Shown: positions 47,790 through 62,103, numbered from the stretch's first letter. The stretch: 64,000 nucleotides of DNA from Octopus sinensis (GCF_006345805.1 NC_043000.1:82956001-83020000), one strand, 5' to 3'. Notes: generated by a model not told the origin, from the letters alone. Numbers and translations: made by a program.

Positions 47790-50453
47790 ACTGACTAGTT
47801 AGTGACTTCAGGATCAGGGCTAAATGGATGTCCAGAAGTCGACCAGCATGAAGGAGAAGGGTCTGGAAGCTTAAGGATCCTGTGAATGGACAGAGATTTA
47901 GAGACATATTACTCGAAGCTTTTGACAAAATAGAGGGGAATATAGCATCACATGATGTGGAAGACAACTGGAGATTTCTACAGGACAACTTGCTGAGGGC
48001 TACTGACCAGATCTATGGATGGTGCAAAGTCCCCTCTCGAACCAAGATAATGTGGTGGTGGAACAATGAAGTTGACAGGGCCATTAGGGAAAAGAAACAG
48101 GCTTGGAAGGACTGGAAGAATGGTGGTAGCAGGGAATTGTACCAGATTGCCAGAAGGGAAGCTAGGAGACAGGTTTACTTAGCCAGAGGGGAAGCAGATA
48201 AGAAAAAAATTGCCAATGTTCTGTGTTGTGAGGACCAAAGAAGTGTTTCATGTTTCAAGACAGTGCGTGAGAGAGAATTGTGATGCCATAGGGAAGAAAT
48301 GTATCTGCATGGATGACAGCTCACTTGCATTTAATGAGGCTGCAAAGAGAGAGACTTGGAGACACCACTATGAAAGGTTGCTAAATGAAGAGAATGAATG
48401 GGAGAAAGAGAGTCTGCTGAATGCCAACCCAACAGAGGGACCAGCTATCCGAATTGACAGTACCTCGGTAGATAAAGCAATTAAGGGTATGAAGACAGGG
48501 AAAGCCCCCAGCCCATTATGAATAACCGCAGAGATTCTTAAAATATCTGGTGGTGTCAGTTAGGGTTAGTCTAGTCACTTGCATAGTCAATCAGGTGATA
48601 CATGAAGGAGTCATAGCCAATGACTGGTGTAGCAGCACCATAGTCAACTGCATTAGATATGAATAATTACAGAGGTATCAAGTTTTTGGATCAGGTAATG
48701 ACAGTCATGGAGAGGGTCATAACCCAACTAATTAGGGAGAGAGTCAGTCTAGACGAGATGCAGTTTGGGTTTGTGCCAGAGAAAAGCACCACTGATGCTA
48801 TATTTCTGGTAAGAGAGCTTGCACATCACATCTGATGCTTCTTATGTCCAACTTTTCTCTCAAGGTGCTTACACTCTGTCATGTATGCACACTGACATTA
48901 CACATTACTTGCAAGGAAATACCTAACCAAAGATAAACCTCTGTACCTGGCTTTCTTTGGCATGGAGAAAGCCTTTGACAAGGTCCCCCAATCCCTTAGC
49001 TGGTGGTCAATGTGGAGACCAGGGATAGATGAGTGATTAGTGAGAGATGAAAAGTGATGTAAGGGATGCTATCAGTAAGGTGAGTGTTGGCAAAAAGTAC
49101 AGTGAAGAATTCCAGGTAGGGATAGGGGTTCACCAAGGATCAGTCCTCAGCCCCCTCTTATTCATCATAATCCTCCAGGCAATAACAGAGGAATTCAAGA
49201 CAGGATGTCCCTGGGAGCTCCTCTGTGCTGATGACCTTGCTCTAATAGCTGAATTGCTATCAGAAATAGAGGAGAAGTTCAGGTGTGGAAGCAAGGTCTA
49301 GAATAGAAGGGCCTTAGAGTCAATCTAGCAAAAACCAAGGGCTTAATAAGTAGGAAGGCAGACAAACCACAAATCCCTTCAGGTAGATGGCTCTGCTCAA
49401 TCTGTAGAAAAGACATATGTAGAAACTTCATATGATATACTTGGTGTAAGCTATGGACACTTAAGAGGTGCAGTAATATCAAAGCAAGTCTAACTGGGAA
49501 GATAGCTTTTGCATGTGGCAAATGCTCAGGGGCAATAAACACTAAAATGCGTAGAAAACAACTTCCATCACCTTCTAGGGGGAAAAACTAGAAGTAATTG
49601 ATAGCTTCCATTACCTAGGTGACCAAGTCAGTAATGGGGGTGGATGCTCTGAGAGTGTAGCTGCTAGAATAAGAATAGCCTGGGCAAAGTTCAGAGAGCT
49701 CCTACCTCTGCTGGTGACAAAGGGCCTCTCGCTCAGAGTAAAAGGTAGACTGTATGACATATGTGTGCAAACAGTCATGCTACATGGCAGTAAAACATGG
49801 GCTGTAACTGCTGAGGACATGCGTAAGCTTGCAAGGAATGTGTAATATCAGTGTGCATACATGACAGAGTGTAAGCACCCTGAGAGAAAAGATGGACATA
49901 AGAAGCATCAGATGTGATGTGTAAGAGAGACGACTGTGCAGGTATGGTCATGTGTTGTGTATGGATGAAGACAGCTGTGTGAAAAAGTGTCACAGCCTAA
50001 CATAGGAGGAGAACCTGTGGAAGAGGTAGACTCAAGAAGACCTGGGATGAGGTGATGAAGCACAATCTTCAAATGCTGGGCCTCACCGAAGCGATGACAA
50101 GTGACCAAGACCTTTGGAGATATGCTGTGCTTATTTGAGCATGGTTGATGCCAGTGCCACCTGATTGGTCCCATGCCAGTGACACGTAAAAAGCACCATT
50201 CAAGCATGGTCATTGCCAGTACTGCCTGACTGGCCCTCATGCTGGTGGCACGTAAAAAGCACCCATTATGCTCTCAGAGTGGTTGGCATCAGGAAGGGCA
50301 TCCAGCTGTAGAAACTTTGCTAGATTGGATTGGAGCTTGGTGCAGCCTTCTGGCTTGCCAACCCTCAATCAAACCATCCAACCCATGCCAGCATGGAAAG
50401 CAGACATTAAATGACGACGACGATAACGATGACGATGATGATGATGATGATGA
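47790..50453 (+). mobile_element. RTE LINE, long decayed copy including the RT domain
   Basis: WWWNNEVDRAI, MKTGKAP, GVHQGSVLSPLLF, LCADDL (YADD equivalent), 3'UTR repeats and (GAT)n tail. Many stops and frameshifts. Confidence 0.93.
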
Positions 50454-51244
50454 CTGATTCAGAATCAAAACTAATTTTTAAGAGCAAACCAATATAATTG
50501 CCTCAAATAGTTCCCAGTAACAGCTTTGTCAAACCCCACAAAAACATAACATAATATTAATAATGGTGGGTTTTTAATTCAAAACAATGAAACCTTGAAT
50601 TAATGAAGAACATTTTGACCACAAGTATATTATCATAACATGGTTATAGTTCAAATAAATTAATAAAATACTGCCTTTGCAGATGCAAAAGACACTCCCT
50701 CTAGTAACAATTATTAACAATTTGTAACAATTACTGTGCCTAGTAGCCCCCTAGACTACTACATTTAACCTACCATCTGTGACACAGCTACATTAGAGCA
50801 TATTTTTGATATGTTTAAAATAAAAATGTATGTTTCATACACCAGTAAATAGAGTATGTCCTTTTTGCCTTTTTCTTTTAGGCCTGGAACTTATTCTCAG
50901 TCTCTTTTGCCAAACCGCTAAGTTATGGGGACATAAACACATGAACACCAGTTGTTAAGCAGTGATGGAGGACAAACACACACACACACACACGCGCGCG
51001 CATGCACACATGCACACACACACACACAATGGGCTTCTTTCAGCTTCAAAATCCATTCACATGCTTTGGTTGGCCTGAGGCTATGGTAGAAGACATTTGC
51101 CTAAGGTGCCATGCAGTGAAACTGAACCCGGGACCATGTGGCTGGGAAGCAAACTTCTTACCACACAGCCACACCTCACCTATCTAAAAAGTTTTTTTCT
51201 AAAATACAATAAAAACAATTTAAAAGAATTAAGCATATACTAAC

Positions 51245-51391
51245 TGATCTTGGTCTCAGTTTTTGATAGCAAATCAGTCATCAGTATTTCTAGTCTGTGG
51301 CTTGCTACAATCAAAAGCAAACCTTTGATTTGTTCCAATGTAACAGGACTATCCATAGCTGTGAATATATTCTGACTCATGTCACCATTAT
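51245..51391 (-). CDS. CFAP54: CFAP54 exon (NGDMSQNIFTAMDSPVTLEQIKGLLLIVASHRLEILMTDLLSKTETKI)
   Basis: cacttgtag| and A|gttagt boundaries, phase 1-1. Resembles human ITLSMLKSMLLMEAEDRL. Confidence 0.85.
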
Positions 51392-53299
51392 CTACAAGTG
51401 AAAAGTACATTAAACTGAAACACATTATCATATACAATACATTATATAACAATCATATCAATCTCAGTAATCTTTGTGTTTATTATTACAAAGCAGTGAG
51501 CTGGCAGAATCATTAGCATGCTGGACAAAATGCTTGGTGGTATTTCTTCCAGTTATACATTCTGTGGTTAAATTCCACTGACGTCAACTTTGTCTTTCTT
51601 CCTTTTGGGTTCAATAAAATAAGTATCAATAATGCGCTGGGGATAATGTAATCGACTAGCCCCTCCCCACAAATTTCAGGCCTTGTACCTATAGTAGAAA
51701 GAATTATAATATATGATATTAATTTCTTAGATTACCACAAGAACATAAAAATTAGAGGGGAGACATAGTTATTGAATTGACTCAGGTATATGACTGATAT
51801 CTATTTTTTTTTGAAATACAAAATCAACCTTAAGTGAGATGCAAACTTAAGACTAAAAAGACTGAAAGTAAATTATGTAAGGCATTCAGTTTAGTTCAGT
51901 ATAACTATTTCTGCCATTACCCCAATCTGTATTACCATGAATAACATTGACATCTTTTGCAGATACACTGTAAAACAGACACTAATAATGGTTTCAAATT
52001 TTGGCACAAGACCAGCAGTTTCAGGGAGGGGATAAGTTGATTATATCAACCCCAGTGTTCAACTGGTACTTAGATAATTGACCCTGAAGGGATGAAAGGC
52101 AAAGTCAACATTGCTAGAATTTGAATGCTGCTAAGCATTTTACTCAATGTGCTAATGATTCTGTCAGCTTGCTGCCTTAAAAGAATAGACACTTATATTA
52201 ACACCACTTATTTTAAATAAATTGTCAAATGGCAGTGCCCCAGCATGGCCACAGCTCATTAGCTGAAACTGGAAAAATCAAAAATCAATCAAAAATTTCC
52301 AAAAGAAAATTGACTGAAGCAGGATATAAACCCAAGAGATCTGCTATCAAGTTGCAGGAAAGCATCCATAGATAATGAATATCAATTTCTTTCAAGAAAG
52401 CACAAAGCTAATATTTGTAGAGACATATGATATTGATACTTATTTTTGTCAAAGTTGACTGGATCTCAGCTCAGAAATAAGAGAAGTGAAACTAAATACT
52501 GTAAATAACTTATTACAATTGACTCACTAAAGTGGGGGCTCTATATTAATCACTAGGAATTCATTACCTAGCAATGTTGAGCTCAAATTTTAGGTCTGGA
52601 TAATTCATTAAAGATTCCACCAATGTACAGTGCTTTGAACTACACCATACAGAAAACATTTTCAGTGATTTTGAAATGACTCAACCAGCTACAAAATATT
52701 GCCTTTTCTTTCTCTTCCTACAACTTTTGCAGCTTACTTCCTTAGATTGATTTATTTTGCATTAATGCAACAGTAAGAAAGGAAAACAAAATGAAATCAC
52801 TACTCCTATGTTACAAAGGAACAGAGAAAATTAGTTGATGGAGAGATCACCTATTCTAGCTATGAAAGCAACTTGTTGATTTCATTGAAAATATTATCAA
52901 GAATAAAAAATTCAGTTATTTCAGATTTTGAAGAACTAATTGACAGATAATATGGCATGATGGAATAACCCATGATTTAACACAATTTTATCTATGCATT
53001 TTTATTGATTATTTTAGAATTTGTAATTGAGAAGATACAACTGAATTCAATGATGTTTCTGCTATATATGAGTATTAAAGACTATTTAGTTGACATGAGA
53101 AGAAAAAAATGAAAATGTAGAAATATCATGTAATAAGATATACTTCATTCCATTAAACTTAGATTTATTTTACTAACAAAAATAATCCTTTCTACATTAG
53201 GTGCAAGGCCTGAAATTTTAGGGAGGAGGGTAGTAGATTACAATGTAATTGACTTATCCCTCCCATGAAATTGCTGGCCTTGTCCCGGAATTTGAAACC

Positions 53300-55320
53300 A
53301 TTATTTATTGCTCCTGTGCACCTACCACAAACAAATTCTACTTTCTCTGTTAACCTTCCTTTGAATCCACTGCATCTCTTGTGTGTCCATAGTTTGCATT
53401 GACCATACTATATGGAATTTCTACCTGCACCTAGTCTACATATGGAGCAGAGCTATTTACCCAAAGGGATTAGTGTTCTGTTTTTTTTCCTGCTAACTAG
53501 AACTTTAATCTTTGCTAAGTTAACCTTAAAATCCTATGATTCCAAGTTTTGTTTCCATACTTGGAATTTTAATCTAATTCTTCTACACTTTCAGCTATAT
53601 TAACAAGTTCATCAGCATAGAGGAGTTCTCATGGGCAAGTAGTCTTAAATTCCTGTGTTATGGCCAGGAGGATTGTAATAAATAAGAGGGAATTGATAAC
53701 CGAACCCTGATAAACTCCTACATACACACTAAATTCACTGCTGTACTTATTGTTAACTCTCACTTTGCTAATAGCATCACTGTACACGGCTTGAACGGCT
53801 CTCACTAGCCATTAATCTACTCCTAGCATTTACATCAACCACTAGACGAGGGCTTGAAACAACTTGTCAGAGGCTTTCTTCAGGTCAATGAATGCCAAGT
53901 ACAGTGGTTTACTTTTTGCTGAATACTATTCAATACTGCTTCTTCCAGGCACGAAACCAAACAGCATCTCATCTAGGTTAACCCTCTTTCTAAAGGGTTA
54001 TGACTCTTTCAGTGACTTTTATAATCTGGTCCAGTAATTTGACATTTTTGTAATTACTTCTTCCCACGGCAATTCTTTTACCTTTGTAACAGTTGACTAT
54101 GATGCTACTACACCAATCATAGAGTATGATGCCTTCCTGTACAAACTAATTAAATATACATGTGACTAGGCCATATCTTACACTGCCAGATAATTGAAGC
54201 ATTTCACAGGTAATTTCTGATGGAACAGGGGCTTTTCTCTGTTTTTCTTTTCTTAATTACTTTATCTATAACTCTACAGTCAACATGAATGGCTGGACTC
54301 TCTGTCAGGTTCACGTTAGGAAGACTCTCTTTTCCCAATGCATTCTCCACATTTAATAACCAGTCATAATAGCATTCCTTCTTTTCAGAATCATTAAATG
54401 CAAGCATACCATCATACTTCCACACACATTTCTGTCCCACAGCATCTCAAACTTTCTCTGCTACACTGCTTTGAAATCTGGAATACCTCATGTCATTGAT
54501 CTTCAGGGTATAGAACATTGGCAAACCTTTCTTTTATGCATCTTCCTTGCTAAATAGACCTGCCTTCTAGTTTCTCTTACAGCTACTGGGTAAAGTTCTT
54601 TGCTGCCCCCATTCTCTCAAACCTTTTGAGCCTGTCTCCTCACTTTTGTTGTTCTATCTACTTCCCTGTTCTGCCACCATATCACCCTTGGTCTGGATGG
54701 AATTTTGCACTAAGCACAAATTTAGTCTGAAGCCATTAGTAGATTGTCTTGTAAAAATGTCTAATTGTCCTCTATGTTATACATCTCTATTGTCTCCTTT
54801 TCATCAAATGCTTTAATTAATACATCTCTAAATCTTTGACTGTTTGAAAGATCTCTAAGCTTCCAGTTTTTCCTTTTCCAGATTGGTTTGTGTTCTACCT
54901 TTAAGTCTGAAGTCACTTATAACTAACCTAAGTTGGGAAGTACATTCTTCACCAGGAAAGAACTTTGTTTTCACAAGCCTATCATGTTTTCTAGTGAGAA
55001 TGTAGTCAATTTGGCTTTTGCGTTTACTGTATTTATAGGTGATCAAGTAGCTGGTGAGTTTTCTAAACTTAGTGTTGCAGATCAACAAGTCATTAGCCCC
55101 AGAGAATGCCAGTAATCTTGTTCCCGCCTCATTTCTAGAACCAAAGCCATAACCTCCATATTCAGCAAGAAATCCAATGGAGTACTGCTTGGCATGTCTG
55201 TGGATATCACCAGCCACAGTAATAAAGATTTTGTCATCTACCATTGAGGTAATCTTCAGAAGGTACTCATAAAAGTGATCCTTCAGTTCACCTGTCAGTC
55301 CAACTTGTGCATCATAGTGT
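53300..55320 (-). mobile_element. RTE LINE remnant (APE endonuclease to RT)
   Basis: ORF 54855..55346 has GGYGFGSRNEAGTRLL...SQIDYILTRK...GEECTSQLRLVISDF. RT remnants follow downstream. Confidence 0.88.
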
Positions 55321-55359
55321 GCGTGTATGTGTGTCAGTGTGTGCATGCATGTGTGCCTG

Positions 55360-55392
<33 letters not shown>

Positions 55393-55419
55393 ATCTGTCT
55401 ATCTATCTACATATGTACA

Positions 55420-55422
55420 TAC

Positions 55423-55453
<31 letters not shown>

Positions 55454-55586
55454 TGTATGTATGTATGTATGTATGTATGCATGCATGCATGCATGCATGT
55501 ATGCATGCATGTATGTATGTATGCATGCATTCATGTATGTATGTATGTATGTATGTATGTATTTATGTATGTATGTATGTATGTAT
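55420..55586. repeat. (TATG)n/(CATG)n microsatellite
   Basis: Directly visible. Confidence 0.95.
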
Positions 55587-55929
55587 ATTAAAATTTATTG
55601 CCAGTATTTAGGTAGTAATTTTTCATTGCTTCATAAATGCACATTCTTTTAACATAGTTGCATTTCATCTTATAGCACTACTATACATTTTCCATAATTG
55701 ATGTTTGAGCTTCATTCATGTTGCATGCCTTGCCAGCGTTTTTCCCACATGCATGCCATATGTATACTTACACATATACACTATAGGAATATATGAAACA
55801 ATGATATTAAACCCATGTAAAAAATGCTATCTTAAAGATAACATGTTCACACTAGTGAACAAACACACACACACATACACACACACAGAGTGCTTCCAGA
55901 AATTTGTTGTGCTGAGCTGGGCAGGTCTT

Positions 55930-56845
55930 CTCAAGAACTGCAGATTGCCAATTATCCCAGTCCTTTGTCATCTCTTCCATGAAGTTCAAGATCTAGAGAT
56001 CAGCCTTCACCACTTATTCCGACGTCTTTCTAGACAAGCTCTATCCACATTAAGTGATTAGTAGTTCTTTAAGCATTTCTTTATATAGCTATCCCCATTC
56101 ATACACAAAGCATGTCCAAACCAATGCAATCTTTTTTCTTGTGCACTACATCTGATTCCTCTTATACCCAGTTTTACTCTCAGCACATTTGTACTATGTT
56201 GTTCATGGACACTTGCATTGTGCATTCAATGAAACATAGTTGCTTCATTTCTTTACAGTCATTTCAAGTCCTCTACATTCAGGGCCCGTGTCTCACTAAC
56301 ATGCATCATCATAGTTCATAGTTCTAAAACAAAAATCATACACTCTGTCCTGAGGAAAAATACCTTTGTTGCCAGCAACTGTAGAAGCTCCCTAAACTTT
56401 TTCTAACCTGTTTTTACTCCTGCTGCTATACATTCAGAACAACTATATCCCCTGCTAATTACATTCCCTAGATAACAAAAGCTATTACCTATTTCTAGTG
56501 AGCCATCTGGGCATCTAAGAGAATCCATTTCCTGTGTGCTCATAGTATGTACTGTTCCAGGGCATCTATCACATACAAAGATTATTTTCTCCACTATTCT
56601 GCTATACTTTTTGTATGTTCATAGCTTACTTTGGGTACAGCCTATGGAGTTTATACTTACTCTTTTTCTACATATCAAGTAAGACCATTTCCCTGAAGAT
56701 ACTAAGTATCTTCCCTGAAGATCCACCCACTTTCTTACTTACTAAAACTTTTGTCTTTGCTAAGTTTACCTTGAGGCCCCTCGATTTTGGGTTTAGCTTC
56801 CATGCCTAGTATTTTCTCTTTAATTCCCCTACAGATTCAGCTCTG
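55930..56845 (-). mobile_element. RTE LINE 3' remnant
   Basis: IIFVCDRC...SFCYLGNVISRGYSCSECIAA is similar to the RTE copies above. Confidence 0.75.
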
Positions 56846-57724
56846 GGGAAATGATTACCAGCAATCAGCTCTCACTTTTCTTATAGCATCTTTCTAATAT
56901 AAATTTTAAAATTATGTTTATTTTTCCACATCTTTCTATACAACTGATGAGCTATGAACTACCAACAGAAATGATTTTTTTTAAAGTGAAATGCTCTCTC
57001 CATATATTTTGTCTTATCCCCACTGCAGTGTAAATAATGAAATGGAATTAAAAAACCTTTACTTCACACTGAAAAGGTTTAAACAGATGAAAATAGTTTC
57101 TTCTATATATGCATATTAAGTACTTTATAGTTGAAATGGAAAAATAATAATTGTAGGAAAAGTATGTGATGTCTTGTACTTCATTTCATTAAATAAAATT
57201 TACTTCACCAATACAAAATAAGATAAATCAGATGACTCTAAGAAGCAAGATAGTTTTCTACAGTTCTTTGGTCAGTGAAATGTGGAAGATGACAGCAGGA
57301 CTCATCCACAAGCTAGATGTATTCCATCAGTGGTGCCTCCAAAGGATTATCAATGTCTCGTGACAAGACAGAATAACTAATGAAGAAGTCTATGGGAGAA
57401 CCAGTCAGAAACGACTAAACATCACAGTGAAAGATCATCATCTGAGGTTTCTTGGACATTTTTTAAAATGCCATCAACAAGACATCCAAATCTCTCCTTC
57501 AATTGCAAGCCAGAAGGTGAGAAAAGGAAATATGGATACCTATTAATGACATGGAAGAAGACAATTCTAAAGGATCTAGATGCAGAGGCATTGAGCTAAT
57601 AGGATGTGGAAGACCACAGAGGATGGAAATCTTTTGTTGCTGTTCAATGTTCTACATAGAATAAGTGGAAGTAACTGACACAAGATAAATAAATTAATAA
57701 ATTAATTGATAAAACAAAACTCAC

Positions 57725-57753
57725 ACCTAACAAAATGATTCTCTCTATTGCAA
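57725..57753 (-). CDS. CFAP54: CFAP54 29-nt micro-exon (CNRENHFVR)
   Basis: Strong acceptor tctgtttctttcag| and donor |gtgagt. Supplies exactly the phase 2-to-1 change needed between its neighbours. Confidence 0.65.
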
Positions 57754-58780
57754 CTGAAAGAAACAGACAACCAATGAAAAGAGCTTTCAAGGAGAGTTAT
57801 CAAACTTTTACTGTAATCAGCCTTGCTCAAACTATAAATGGACCAAATTTATTTTTCATGGGACTATATGTAAATCAGAAGAATAAAGAACACAAAAATA
57901 CAGCTGTACTTACCACCGTCATGTCCATGTACAATTTTAATAATTGTGGCACTAATTGAAATGAAAGAAAGATAAAAACATAATTAATAATTACTATATA
58001 AATCTGCTAGCAGAAACATTAACAATCCAGGCAAAATGCTTAGCAGCATTTAGTCTGTTTTAGCATTTAAAATTATGCCTGAGCAAATAATTGTGCTTTT
58101 AAATATTAATTTATTATCCTTTTATATATGTTCCTTATTAACAAAATGCCTTTGTAATTTTTTTAGCCATCTCATCATACATATTGAATATTTTATCTGT
58201 ATGCTCACAGGAGGGGCTAGTCGATTACATACACATATACCATAATATAATATACTTATCGTCATCATATGCCACACACACTACCAGATTCCCAGTAACC
58301 ACATTTTTCCTGTCTGATAGAATGAAATTGAGTCTTGGAAGAAAGGGATACTGTAGGTGGGCACTTATGCATCTTTCTCTCAGTGCAGCACTGTCAGTTC
58401 CGGGTGTGTATGTGTGTGTGTGTGTGTGTGTGCGCGCACGTGTGCGTGTGTGTGAGTGCACATGTGTGTGTGTGAGAGAGAGAGAGAGGTAGAGAGAGAG
58501 AGAAAGAAAGAGAGAGAGAGCTCAACCTTATCACTTGACTGATACTTTATTTCAATAACCCTAGAAGTGTGAAAAGTAATGTTGACTTTAGTAGGGTTAG
58601 CTCTCACAATGCAAAGACCTGAAAATGTCAATGTCTCCTTTTGTGGGCCAACACTACTTACTTATTTATCACAAGATAGACAGCTGGTCTAACACAGACA
58701 ACATTCCTTCATGATTTGGTACCTATTCTTAACAAGGCCAGTAAACTGAGGTAATGTAGAATAAACTGGCTTGCAGCCCT

Positions 58781-59148
58781 TATTACCTCCACCTTAGTGA
58801 AAGCAGAGGTACTGTTTTCAGTCGTGTTTGTTTGTTTGTCTGTGGACAAGATATCTCAAGAACCGCCATATGGATTTGGTTGAAACTTTCAGGGATATTT
58901 GGCCTCATGACTGGCATAAACTAATTAAATTTTGGGATCAATCCGGTACTAGACAAGGGTTCTGAATTATTTTTCTTGCTTTTTTACTTAATTTTTGAGA
59001 GCGGTCAGGTTCATTTTTAGTATTCTTGTTTGTGAGAGCAGTCAAGCTTATTTCAGATATTCTCATTTTGAAAATCATCTCTAGCTAATCGTTGAGAGGA
59101 CGTTGGTGTTGCCTTGGCAGAGGTTTGCACTCTCTGCATGCTCTTGTT
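58781..59148 (+). mobile_element. Helentron/DINE-like non-autonomous element
   Basis: ttattacctccacc...gcagaggt subterminal repeat and (gttt)n. Co-linear with 10590..10905. Confidence 0.6.
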
Positions 59149-59985
59149 TGAATTCAAACTACTTGAAAAAGAAAACTAAAACCTTATTCACTCAGATATT
59201 TTTCTTCTACCAGACACAGCATAACCAAACTGTAGTAGTCTGTAATGGGAATACATTTTTAGTCACTCCCCACTACCAGTTCTAGTGCTTCATCTTCTCT
59301 GAGGTTTTTATCTTCTCATCATTAATAACCTATAAACTGTTTACAAAGTGACAAGAATGCAAAAGTCCTTACCATACATCAATGATAATGAAACCCAGCA
59401 AGGCTTAAATCCTAATACTTTGATTCCAAGAATATGATCTCTCTTTCTCTCTCTCTCTCTGATTTAGAATTTCAACTCAAAAATTACAATTAAATTAAAC
59501 TGAGTATATTCCTATTGATTAACAGAAAGCTGTGTTCACATGAGCCTCCTAATTTCAGATAACTCCTGTGACAACAATACAAACCTCTTTTCTCCCTTTC
59601 TATTTCCTTTCAAACCACTACATGGAAAATTTTAACTGCTTCTGCCAGCTATTAAAAAATTTTAAATTCCACCATATTCTTCAAAAGAGATGAGATCATC
59701 CACTAAAATTTAATAACATTAAAATCTAAGTTTATTATATTGAAGAAGAACATTATTTTATCATATTTCCAATTCTGATCAACATCTCCCACTTTAAAAA
59801 TATCCTCTCATTATGCTGTCTTCTAACAATCTGTTTTAGAAGCAATATATGGTTACAGCTCCATCAAGAAATCCATGCCTTTTGCTTAGAAAAACAAGGC
59901 TCTATTTAGGAATAGAAAATAAATAATATTTTTGTCCTGATTTTATGATTTTAATGATAATGAAATAGCATTTAAAATAACTTAC

Positions 59986-60137
59986 AAGCTTTCATCTTCA
60001 TCAGGAATGACATTTATACACTCAGCAAGTGTAATGAGAAGTCTAATGATAGCCAGATATAATTCACTGCACACTTGTGGTCCATATAAAACAACTAAAT
60101 TGTTTGTCAGATATTTGCTGCAGATCAAATGCAATAC
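59986..60137 (-). CDS. CFAP54: CFAP54 exon (VLHLICSKYLTNNLVVLYGPQVCSELYLAIIRLLITLAECINVIPDEDES)
   Basis: atttttag| and |gtaagt boundaries, phase 0-2. INVIP resembles human INCVP. Confidence 0.88.
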
Positions 60138-60987
60138 CTAAAAATAGTATCAAAAGTATTACTGGTTTATTTTTCTGAATTGACTCTTGTGAATTACTTG
60201 AAACTCCTCTACCTCCCCTCTGAAAAATTTTCCTAACAAATTCTGATGTAATCAGAATCTACAGCATGTGGTTGGAAAGCAAGCTTCTTACTACACGGCC
60301 ATGCCAGTGCCTATATATATAAATATCACCATTGGTTACATGTATGAAAGATATTGCTAATTGTTAAAAAATTACCCCAGTAATAGAGCATGTTTTCTAG
60401 ACTCTTATTCTTGCCTTCAAGTGGATAACATAAACACTTCCAATTCTAATGTATCGTTAATGTGATTCTCAGATGATCTGGTACTTATCACAGATAATAA
60501 AGTGAAACAGTGATGATGTACAAACAAACAATTTCTTGATTAAAATTTCCCTTTTATCTAGAGAAAGGAAACAAAACAACCTAGTGACACTTATCAGTGA
60601 TATACAAAGATAACGAGAAATAATTTGAAAAAATTTTTTTAAATTCAACTTAATTGACATGCTTAGAGAAAGGACAGCCTGATCTTTATAAGCAAGATAT
60701 TACTAGGTACATGTTTCAGTTGACAAGACTAAGATATATTGATAAATCAGGCAAACAGAATAAAGTGTTCTGCAAAGAAACACAGCAGCAGATGGAAAAT
60801 ATAATGCATAAGCAGTCAGTCTTAATAGCTTTATTTGGTCATCTAGCTTCTTCCAAAATCAACACTGAGAATAACAATAAAAAGAGCATATAGGAGGTAC
60901 AAATTTGTAGTGGATTAGGGATCAGTATTTTATTAATGTAAGGATATGCTGCAACAAACCAAAAGACTCAATATGGTAACTACTTAC

Positions 60988-61251
60988 CTTTAGGTTGCCT
61001 GGATCTGTGAGATTTGATGAGGAATCAAAAACCAGGTGTTCTGCTCTGGGTTCAATTAAACGTGTTGTAGTTAAACTAGACAGAGGCAAGTGATAACCAC
61101 TAATTAACTGTTGAAACACCTGAGTAGCTTCTGTAAACATGTGGAGATTTGTTAAAGCTTGCAGTCTAAATATTTGACCCTGAACAAAAAGTCTCGTATC
61201 ACGAAACAGTCTGCGAGTCAAATAAAGAAATAACGTGAGAAGAGGCAACAT
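60988..61251 (-). CDS. CFAP54: CFAP54 exon (MLPLLTLFLY...FDSSSNLTDPGNLK)
   Basis: tttcag| and AAG|gtaagt boundaries, phase 0-0. Resembles human LPLLALYQYF...FSEA...FDSGKPLTSKENIQ. Confidence 0.9.
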
Positions 61252-61548
61252 CTGAAATTTATTAAAAAGTATTTAGAATTAAATAAGTTTATTTAATTGC
61301 ATGAATGTATATAATTTGTAAGTTGATATGTACAAGTAAATTTTTATATATTTCTTTATCTTTATTGCGATTTGCCCATCTATCAATTTGTATGTATGGA
61401 TAAATATGCACACATATGTCTGATATACTTATAAATAACATGTAAAAGCTACTATAAGTATGTAGCATGAAAACAGACATTCTTAACTTTATGAACTGAG
61501 TTTCTCAACAGTAAGTATATATACAGGGGCAGGTGTGGATGCGTGGCA

Positions 61549-61553
<5 letters not shown>

Positions 61554-61622
<69 letters not shown>

Positions 61623-61631
61623 CATATATAT

Positions 61632-61694
<63 letters not shown>

Positions 61695-61731
61695 TATATA
61701 TATCTATATATATACACATATATATACATAC

Positions 61732-61781
<50 letters not shown>

Positions 61782-61795
61782 ATATATATATACAC

Positions 61796-61832
<37 letters not shown>

Positions 61833-61852
61833 TATATATAATATATATATAT
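61554..61852. repeat. compound (TA)n/(CA)n microsatellite
   Basis: Directly visible. Confidence 0.95.
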
Positions 61853-62064
61853 ATTCTTTTATTCTTTTACTTGTTTCAGTAATTTAACTGTGGCCTTTCT
61901 GGGGCACTGCATTTAAGGGTTTTTAATCAAACAAACTGACCTTAGGACTTAACTCTTACGTCAAGTACTTCTCTTATCATTCTCTTTTGCCGAACCGCTA
62001 AATTACAAGGATGTAAACCAACACCGGTTGTCAAGTGGTAATGGGAGGACAAGCACAAACACCC

Positions 62065-62103
<39 letters not shown>

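Noticed and set aside
55275-55652. Overlapping MYVC-rich ORFs
   Set aside because: They are translations of a (TATG)n microsatellite.
59283-59329. Possible CFAP54 exon after acceptor tttatag|
   Set aside because: It has stops in all frames before any donor and is not required for the frame.
61489-61887. Several ~100-aa YI/HT-rich ORFs
   Set aside because: They are translations of (TA)n/(CA)n repeats.
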